32,338 nt of DNA from a virus (Duplodnaviria; Caudoviricetes): positions 1 through 32,338 of IMG/VR virus record IMGVR_UViG_3300005805_000280. The stretch is one strand, 5' to 3'. Of this stretch, positions 1 to 8,500 are shown piece after piece. The notes under the pieces are model-generated. The model saw only the letters and a program-made list of their open reading frames with translations. It was not told the DNA's origin and ran no database searches. Within the stretch, counting starts at the first letter, position 1. Every line of letters begins with the position of its first letter. Both the position numbers and the translations under genes were made by a program.

Positions 1-88
1 AAACATTACCGGCTGTGACATTGCCTGTTGCACTCACAGCACCGCCGGTTAAAACATTACCGGCTGTGACATTGCCTGTGGCACTGAC
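1..88. repeat. 51-bp coding tandem repeat (17-aa unit GNVTAGNVLTGGAVSAT) in the fibre gene
   Basis: aaacattaccggctgtgacattgcctgt starts at both 1 and 52. A diverged copy (cattgccagttgcactcacagcgccaccggt) lies at about 469-499. Confidence 0.85.
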
Positions 89-1510
89 TGTAGAATTGAA
101 CGCACTGGCCACATAGATACGCTCAAACCAGCTGCTTACGCCGCCGATATTGCCCAAAGCATTAGTTCCGGTCTTATTAATAGCCGGGGTGCTCACATTG
201 GTGAACTGACCGCCGTTAGTGGTAAATACCGCCACGTTAGAAACATTACCAATCGACACTGCCAAATCGCCGTTGGTAGCAGAGATGTTGGCAAAAGATG
301 TGCCATTGACAATTTTGGTAACTGATACTGCCGCACTGACGTTGGTAAGAAACCCGCCATCGCCTATGAATGCAACAGCACTGACATTACCACTGGCGCT
401 CATTCCCACAGAATTTACGTTACCGGTGGTGATAATGTTGCCGCCTAGTATGTTGCCGGTTGCGTTCACATTGCCAGTTGCACTCACAGCGCCACCGGTC
501 ACGATGTTTCCGCCAATCACATTGGCTGTGGCCGAAACTTGTCCTACAGTACGCAAATTTCCTGAATCCACGTTGCCGGTAACCCCAAGCGTGGTACCCA
601 CTGTGGCTGCATTAGAAATAGCAAAAGTTCCGTTGCTGCCCAGCACCCGAGCCGAGTCAACGACTGTTCCACTCACATTGGCTCGAAACACAATGTTGCC
701 GCTTGACACTGTGGCTGTTACGTTGGCATCGTTTGAGTTTTGGCTGATACTCAGAACGTTACTGGTGCCCACAAACAGACCGGTGTTGTTGAGAACACGC
801 AGAGTACCAGTAGTAGCAGTGTCGGTATCTGATCGCATAAATTGCGAACTGGTCAGACTATTCAAGAAGCTGGCGTTATTGGCTGTTCCTGAGAATATGG
901 CACTGTTGGCTGTGGTCAGTGTGATGCCCGGGTAAATTGTGGGGAAGGTAGCAGCCACACCAGCTTCAGGAGTAAAGCTGGTGCCGTTGTACACTATACC
1001 CACGCGAGCATTGTTCACATAAAGGCTGGTGATAAACTTGGTGACTGCACCAGAGTCTAGTACAGTTTCGGGAATAGCGCCTGAAGTGCCCTGGGTGGCG
1101 CTGAAAGCCGGTCCCACTACCAAGAACGACGCACCGGTCCAGACTTTTAGCTGCTGATTAGTAGTGTCAAACCAGAGATCGCCTATGACATTGTTGATGG
1201 GAGCTGATGACTGGGCAGTGGCCGCGCTGATGGTTTTCCAAGCAGTTCCCGAATATACCTTGAGTAAGTTGCTAGTCTTGTCCCACCAAATCTGCCCAGT
1301 CAAGGGTGCAGACAATTTAGACGAAGTGGGGTTTCCACCGCTGCTGGCGCTGCTGAAATTTTCTAGGTGTTGGATGAAGTTTTCGTCCAAGAAAGAACCA
1401 TACCCTGCGTAGTTTTTACCTACCAAGGTCACGCTGCTGGAAGTGTTTACGGTACCATCAGCTACAGTAGCAAATACGGTGCCGTCGGTTAGAGTTATGG
1501 TATATGACAT
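1..1510 (-). CDS. Tail fibre / baseplate-attached fibre protein, runs off the window edge (3' truncated); missing from the ORF track
   Basis: ATG at 1510 reads MSYTITLTDGTVFATVADGTVNTSSSVTLVGKNYAGYGSFLDENFIQHLENF. It contains two (Q/D)(I/L)W(W/F)D-x5-LKV(Y/W)xG motifs and G-N-V-x-x-G-N repeats in a Gly/Asn/Thr/Val-rich body. The same frame is open at 1-190. TATAAATA lies about 25 nt upstream. Confidence 0.85.
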   Translation of the reverse strand, partial: MSYTITLTDGTVFATVADGTVNTSSSVTLVGKNYAGYGSFLDENFIQHLENFSSASSGGNPTSSKLSAPLTGQIWWDKTSNLLKVYSGTAWKTISAATAQSSAPINNVIGDLWFDTTNQQLKVWTGASFLVVGPAFSATQGTSGAIPETVLDSGAVTKFITSLYVNNARVGIVYNGTSFTPEAGVAATFPTIYPGITLTTANSAIFSGTANNASFLNSLTSSQFMRSDTDTATTGTLRVLNNTGLFVGTSNVLSISQNSNDANVTATVSSGNIVFRANVSGTVVDSARVLGSNGTFAISNAATVGTTLGVTGNVDSGNLRTVGQVSATANVIGGNIVTGGAVSATGNVNATGNILGGNIITTGNVNSVGMSASGNVSAVAFIGDGGFLTNVSAAVSVTKIVNGTSFANISATNGDLAVSIGNVSNVAVFTTNGGQFTNVSTPAINKTGTNALGNIGGVSSWFERIYVASAFNSTVSATGNVTAGNVLTGGAVSATGNVTAGNV

Positions 1511-1534
1511 GCGGTTAGCCCAATCAGTTTCCTA

Positions 1535-1542
1535 TATTTATA
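1535..1542 (-). promoter_or_regulatory. T4-type late promoter TATAAATA
   Basis: Exact T4 late consensus on the minus strand, overlapping the TAA of the upstream gene and about 25 nt before the fibre ATG. A gp55-like sigma factor is encoded in this window. Confidence 0.8.
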
Positions 1543-2140
1543 CGGCATTGATATTGCTCAATGTCTGGATACGCAGGGTGTAATCTATCTGTATCTGCCG
1601 GTTCAAACTTTTTTGTACCGGATGGAAGATTACGTGCGTTATCAGCCTCAGATCATCGGCGCTGCCGTTCCAGGCCTTGAGACCCAGCTCGTCAAACACA
1701 AATTCCCCGTTAAAATCAGTACTGTTATCAAACGCCTGTTGCTGGGGAGGTTCGCCATAGTCCAGCAGGCAGGTGACCAAGATATCTGTGTACACACTGC
1801 CTGCGGTGTGTAGCACAGTCATTTTGTTGTTGAGTGGATCTGTATCTGCGGCGCTGTTGTCATTGACCACTTTTGAGTAAGTCTCGTTATAGAGATTGGC
1901 GTTTTGCCCCGTGGTATTGGGCGGCAGGTAGGTGATCACCCCAGTGGGATCTACGCTGCTACCGCCGTTTCCAAATGCCATGCTATAGATGTAGCCTAGA
2001 TTGCGATCAGCCAGGCTCTGTGCTAGGGCAATACTCATATTCTCGTAATGTATCTGATTCATCTTATCAATCAAAACTTCGCCTGACCTGGGATCAGTTA
2101 TTTTGATATGACCAGTTATTAATAAATTACCCGAGTCCAC
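1538..2140 (-). CDS. Putative virion/baseplate structural protein (~200 aa); start revised to GTG at 2140
   Basis: The ORF track gives 1538..2173 from a TTG. An in-frame GTG at 2140 is preceded by GGAGG. Motifs GHIKITDP..GEVLIDKMNQIHYENMS, MAFGNGG, FDELGL and HVIFHPVQKSLNRQIQIDYTLRIQ resemble phage tail-collar/baseplate proteins, and the gene lies in the structural operon. Confidence 0.75.
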   Translation of the reverse strand: MDSGNLLITGHIKITDPRSGEVLIDKMNQIHYENMSIALAQSLADRNLGYIYSMAFGNGGSSVDPTGVITYLPPNTTGQNANLYNETYSKVVNDNSAADTDPLNNKMTVLHTAGSVYTDILVTCLLDYGEPPQQQAFDNSTDFNGEFVFDELGLKAWNGSADDLRLITHVIFHPVQKSLNRQIQIDYTLRIQTLSNINAV

Positions 2141-2342
2141 GTTGCCTCCCACCTTTGCCTTTTTTAACTGCAATCCGACTCCCCCAAAAATGTTCTTTTC
2201 CTAAGAATTCAATGTCTCTTTGCAGATATACGCTGCTACCTAAATAATCATTTTGATCATGCTGGGCACTATCAACATAGCTCCAAGGTGAAATATTTTG
2301 GTTTTTGTTATACAAGTTTATAGTTTCGTAGACACTAGGCAT
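2127..2342 (-). pseudogene. Degenerate, internally deleted GIY-YIG (Seg-like) homing endonuclease remnant, 71 aa
   Basis: SVYETINLYN...SYVDS...NDYLGSSVYLQRDIEFLGKEHF matches the pattern IYxTTNxxN..YIG...xYLGSGxxLxxAIxxYGxENF, with YIG altered to YVD. The protein stops before the catalytic Glu/Asn region. The segment is AT-rich relative to its neighbours. Confidence 0.65.
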
Positions 2343-2379
2343 ATCTATTCTCTGGTTGCCCCAATCAATTTAGGCAGCA

Positions 2380-2538
2380 TCATGCGCGTCCTTCCAGGAT
2401 TGTACGGTTGTCTTCTGGGTCAGAAATGCGAAAGTACGCTTCAACTCTGATGGCACCGGATTCATTTGGCCGTCGAGGGTCAGGTGCAGTTGACTTGCTA
2501 TCCGGGGCTTGAATTTGTTTTTTATCTTCCAATGTCAT
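2380..2538 (-). CDS. Small hypothetical protein, 52 aa (below the ORF-track cutoff)
   Basis: MTLEDKKQIQAPDSKSTAPDPRRPNESGAIRVEAYFRISDPEDNRTILEGRA*. It starts 10 nt after the giant gene's stop, has TAAATA directly upstream, and its C-terminal half resembles the N-terminus of the 1538..2140 protein. Confidence 0.7.
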   Translation of the reverse strand: MTLEDKKQIQAPDSKSTAPDPRRPNESGAIRVEAYFRISDPEDNRTILEGRA

Positions 2539-2545
2539 GGTCTGT

Positions 2546-2552
2546 TATTTAT
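2546..2552 (-). promoter_or_regulatory. Late promoter motif ATAAATA
   Basis: GATAAATA overlaps the TAA stop of the giant gene and ends 7 nt before ATG 2538. Confidence 0.65.
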
Positions 2553-5500
2553 CCACCCTGTCGATTGGTCAAAAACCTTGCAGCAATACTGTTATTTTCC
2601 TGGAGACTCTGTTGACGCGCCGCTGTAGTTGACACATTATACCACCAGGCACCTCGACGTTGCAGTATAACGATCTGAGCTCCTTGAGGCGGGGCAATCA
2701 CAGGGTCAATCACACCCAGGGGAGCCACAAATTCGATAGCTAGTGGGTCATAATCAGTAGCGATCCAGTTGTATTGACTGTTGCCCGCTTGTCCGTACCG
2801 GTATTGACGCTGCCCTTCCACATAAACTTCTACGCTTTCTATCCAGATCGAGCTGCTGTCCCCAAAATCTTCAGGCTGAACACTGGGAGCGTAAAATACC
2901 GTGGTGCTTCCGTCCCCTACTGTGGTGTCGCTTACCACATAGTCTTGATATTGTTCAGCCAGCAGTTGACCGCGCCCCATGCTGTAGACTGCATCGCCTG
3001 TATTGTGGGCATCTGCTGCTGTTCCTGCTGTACCTCGGCGAAGACCCGACACCGACTGTGTCACATAATCAAGTTCACGATAGGTGATACGTTCACCACC
3101 TATGGTTATTACACCAAATACACCCTGCACTAGATCAGGCACAGTGAGCGCTGAAACATCTTGTACATAGATCACATCATGGTCAGCTGACAAGGGTTGT
3201 GTGAGCACAGTGGTAGTGGCTCGTGTAATTCGGTACGTGGCCTGAACTCCACGCATGTCTTGGAAAACACGGAACGATGCTTCTTCAGGCACGAGACTAT
3301 CAGTGAATATAGTCACTGCCAAGATCTGAGAAGAATTGATAGTGCCTCCGGTCAGTACCAAGGTATCGCCTGACATGTAAAAATCTTGTCCTTCAAACAA
3401 CCGATTGCCGTCGAGCGTGGCCCAAACACGATTGCCCGGCACCACACGATCCAACACAAAATTGTTGGTAATGATCTGTGTACCAGTGCTGAAGTCAAAG
3501 CTGCCCGATGTGTTGTTGCTGGCATTGGTAGCTGAGCTACGCGAATAAACAAGGCCTGACACTGTGCCTGTGCCAGCAGTGGGGGTGCCAGGCTGGGTGG
3601 CCACAAACACCACGCCCGGTGCGTTGCTACTTGCACCAAACACAGTAAAATCTGTGGTTCCCACTGTGACGATTGTGTAAGATTCTCCCACGCCCATGGC
3701 CATGGCCGATATCGTGCCAGTGGTACTTGAAAACACAAAGTCTGGATCAAATGTAGTGCTATCAAATCCTTCATTTAACACTGCGCCAAACACCACTGGA
3801 CCGTAAAAACACTGAGTCAATAGATTCTGTTGTGCTGTGTCATTCCAGGATGTAACTGCAACCACATCTCCGATATTGGGTATGCTGTTCAATTGCAGGA
3901 AGTTGCCAGATACCTGATAGTCTGCTAAAGTTGATAGAGATATCAAGATTCTAGCACCATCTACTGGGTTGTTAAAGAAAATCACCTGACGTCCGGGGGT
4001 GTTGCTGCCGTCCCAGTTGGTCACATAATAATCCACGTTGGCTGTTTGAAAAACCCCATCAACCCAAACACGAATGTCTGTAGAGGAGTCAATAATACTG
4101 ATTTGCTGCCATTCCTGAGGCATACGCTGCGGCAATCCAAAACTATTGGTGGTGCCGTCGCCAATCCATTCTATGCCTGCACCAGGTGTTAGGCGTAGAC
4201 CATTGCGTGTCACTACAAGATTAGCGGGATTGGTGCCCTGCATGCTGTTGGTCAGGCCAAACCCACCATTGGTGATATCCTGATCATTGATTATTTTGTA
4301 TTGTACCTGAGGCACGCTCCAGTTATAGAACGAGCTGGCTTCCCCTGTGCCCGACCCAACCCCGGTGGCCACAAAGGTTTCTCCTAGCTCACCAGTATTG
4401 GCACCAATTGAAAGCCAATTGGTGTTGCCCAGCTTGGTGATCGTATAGCTCCTACCAATTATAAATTGTCCCGCATAAGTGGCGTCCACGCCCAGCACCA
4501 CTACAGAGATGCCATCTTGGTCGGTGTAGGCAGCAGATAACCGCACACGGCTCTGCTGAGTGGGAGTGAATTGCTGCCAATACTGGATGTCGTCGAGAGA
4601 AATGCCTATAGGCACTGGTTGAAATGCACGATAGTAGCTAGGACCAGCACTGCCACTGTCATTGACAACGGCGTTGAAATTGTAGGATTGCAGTTGATTC
4701 CATTCTTCGCTATCAATGTAAGGTTCCCAATCATAATCATTGGTGGCCACACCGTTGATCAATATCATTATGTTTTGTATCAATGCCGATTCCACTGGCA
4801 CGATAAATTGGGCATCAACAATCTCAATGCCCGCATAGTTAACTCGATAAAGCTGGCTACCGCCGCCTGCCCCGTATACCTTGATCTCCACAATATCGCC
4901 GTAGGTCACGTTGGGCGAAGACAATATCTCTAAAGTCTGGTTATCCCAGTTGATCTCGTAGTCTATGCCTGGTGTAAGGTCTCGGTCTGTGGTAGCGTTA
5001 CTGGCTACAACATACGCCACAAACGTCAAGATTCCGGCCCAGCTCTGACTGGTGCGATTTACCAAATATTCAAAACTGGTAGCACCAATCTGAAACCCGT
5101 GACCGTTCCTCTGCCAGTCTGATCCAGGACGAGTATAAACCCGTAGATCCAATGTGTCAAATTCTGAACCATTCACTAATTCTTCTGGACCGTGCCCCTC
5201 GTACGGTCCGATATACTGGCCACCTTGAACGTTGATATCGGTAGGACGAATACCCAAGAACATATCAGCAAAGCTGCTTCGATAGATCGCGTCTAACTGC
5301 TCGATGCCAGTGAAATAATCGCCCCAAACCTGCACACCCGGATAGCTGATGCCGTCGACCAGGAGCGGAAGGTCTAGGCCTGGCGAGTTCGTTCCAGGCA
5401 CATAGAGGCCCATAGTGCGATCTACCCCTGAAGTATTCTTGACCGGCACATAGTAACCCTGGGCCGGGTCCCAGACCAAACTGGTTTCGGCCACATCAAT

Positions 5501-8500
5501 CAATGTCCAGTTTTCAAGATCAAATACGGGACCAACAACCTGTGTGCTTCCATCAATAGGGCTGGCCTGCCAGATACGATCGTCATACCGTACTAGCTCG
5601 CCTGAATCGTAGGTACCATTGGGATTCCAAGTCTGCACTGTAGTCTGATACTGGTAACGATCAAACTTGAGAGTGACTGCTATGCTACGTGTCAAATTGT
5701 AATTGATATCTTGCGCAGGAACAATAGACGAACTGTAATTTTTACCAAACCCCTGACCTAGCAGTTGAACGACTGCTACTGCCCCCTGGCCGTTGCCGGT
5801 AGAAAACACCACTTGTGGTTGATCTCGATATCCCGATCCTAGTCTAGTGATGTTGATTGCCGTAACTGATCCGTTTGACACCACAGCTTCTACCAGTGTA
5901 GGAAGAACCGCGTCGCCTTGAATTGTCACTGTGGGAGGTTCAGTATAGCCCGATCCTCCATTAGACACCTCAACTGTGTCGACCAACAACAAGAAATTAT
6001 TGTACCACTGACTCCAGGGCCAACGAGTCCAAATGGGGTTGTCTGCCGCGGTATCGCTATTGATATTGGTAGTACTGCCAGTGGCCCCACTCTTGGCATA
6101 AGGCAGTAAAATTGGGCTCACATATTGCGGAACGTCTAGTGAATTATTATAGTAGGCAGGTACATCAAAATCTGTGGCGTCCCCCAGATACTGGTCTTGG
6201 CCATCGTACAGTAGATTAAATTCTCGCACCTGCACATGGTAGGGTTTAACTTCCTGGATGTAGTCTATAACAAATTCCTGATTGTCCCGTTGATAGTTGG
6301 GAAAAGGTTCCAGACCACGTATGCGATGGTCTACGTCAATTAGGCTGGTCTTGACCAGCCACTGTGGTGCCTTGAATTCGCTCAAAACAAAATCAAACAC
6401 CAGCATCAAGAGCTCGTTTCTATGTATCAATAGCTCGTCAATAAAGATCTCTTGGTTCAGAGCTTCTAGTATTTTACGAGTTTCTATAGTGGGGTCTTGA
6501 TCAAAATACAGGCTATCAAATACTTCCGCATCAAACCCAAAGCGACCTGCAATATAATCATAGATGAAGTCAGATATCTCAATAGTACCATCTTGGAGTC
6601 CTACTCTTTCCCATCCTTCGGGTACTCTAAGATAGATTTCAAATTTGCCCCTAGGATTGGCTGTGACCTTGACACTACTACCCAACGGAACTGAGATTGT
6701 GCCTAGCGCGGCATAATTGGGCACCTCTAAAACTGGTCTGACGCTGCTGTTGTAGCCCGGGCGATACCAGTTGATGTAACTCCAGTAATCTGATGTGCGA
6801 TAGTCTTGCACGCGGTAAAGTTGCAGTTCTCGCAAATCGTTAACACCAAGTACTACTTCATAGATGGTCCAAAGTCCCGATTCATTACTGTCAGACAGAA
6901 CTAGATAACGATATCCTAGCGGTACTGTATGAATATTCTGGAAACTCAAGATTTCAATAGTGGACACCACGTCATTGTATAGACCCGAGGAGATTGACGG
7001 AACAGAAGCCTGACTGTTGAGTAGATTAAAACTGCGTATTTCCGATATAGGATATCGTGTCAATACTGCATTAGACCTTATGATATAAGCCTTGAGAGCA
7101 TTAAATCGGTTACTAAACATGCTTTGGCGTGGTCGGAATTGTACTCCGTATTGTTCGGCCGGGCTTAGAATAGGATCTGGTACAAGGTTTCCTGCAGTAT
7201 CTACACCGCAAAAACTGTCCAGCATCTTGCGATAGAGATTATCGGTCAAGAATCCATCAGCTTTGCCTTGTGGAATCAGTTCATATTCCACATGAACATT
7301 GTCGTTGTTGAGTTCACGATCAAATTCAATGTGTAGCACCGTGTCTTGGGCTTCAATCAGTGTGTCGCAATTGTAGATAGCCACGGTACTAGCATTAATC
7401 GGTGCCAGATATGCAATACCACTCAGTCGTGGATTTTCAATATACTGTGACACCGTTGACACCGACAGTGTCTTGCCTTTGTTAGTGGCCACAGTGGTCA
7501 GTCCACGAACCCAGAAAAAATACTGAGTCTGGAACGTGCCTTGTTTGGTCAAAACTGTGTTGATACTGTAGCTCACATTATTCAAAGGTGTGCCCGGCCC
7601 GGTATAGTTGGCCGGTGGAACTGGACTGACTATCCACTGATACACATCCACCTGACTGCCCGGAAATGTCAGTCCCCACTGTTTGGCGTCATAGGTAATA
7701 TTGCCCTGCGACGAATCCAAGAACCTCACTGTAGAAACATTCCACCAAGTCTCTCCCACATGATCCTGTGACCAGGTAGTACCTCGTATGTTGGTAGGGC
7801 CGGCATTGTATCCAGCAGGATCTACGGCGCTGATAAAATCAATATTTTGTCGAGCCGCACCTAAAATTTTGCCCTGCAGTGGATTAAAGAAATCCAAGAA
7901 CTCGGTAGTTGACGATGTGATAAGATTGTACAAAAACACACTATTAATCAGTCGTATGTCAACCACAGCAGCTTCTCGTTGAATGGGCACCCAGGCCGAC
8001 CTAAGAGTAGGATTCTGCCACACATAGACTCGCCCATAATCTGATAAGCTGGAGTCACCAATGTCGTTACCGGGCGCTCCCATCAAGAGAACTCCACTCA
8101 CATAAGAAAGAGATTGACCTAGTCTGTCCTGGCCGCCAAGGTCAGAGATGCCGATCTGCTGTCCTAGCACAAAATTATCAGGATTGGTAATGCTGGCATT
8201 GGCCGCTGGCACAAAATTAAACACATACACCGCACCGCTCTGCACTGAAATGCTGAAGAATATAGTGCTTCCCGCATCAAACTCTGTGAGTCCGGTATCA
8301 AAGTCTGTCACGAGATAAGTGCTGCCAGACGGGGCACCAATCAAGAGTTCAGCAGCAGTATCAGACACTGTGAGAGCAGCACCAAACTGTGCATAGGGCA
8401 CCGGATAAGGACTGGTTATGGTCTGAGTGTAAACAAAAGTTTCAAATCCAAGATCATCGAACGTGGTACCTATGGTACCCGGTGCCACTTGTAGCTTGTT

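Noticed and set aside
219-935. 238-aa plus-strand ORF
   Set aside because: Antisense shadow of the repetitive minus-strand fibre gene (1510 to <1), which has the promoter, protein motifs and operon context.
2141-2173. ORF-track TTG start at 2173
   Set aside because: It lies inside the endonuclease relic; GTG 2140 has a better RBS and aligns with the 52-aa paralog.
2141-2383. Group I intron or translational bypass interrupting the 200-aa gene
   Set aside because: No recognisable P/Q/R/S core. The insert is almost entirely endonuclease-like coding relic, and the downstream gene has its own GGAGG plus GTG start.
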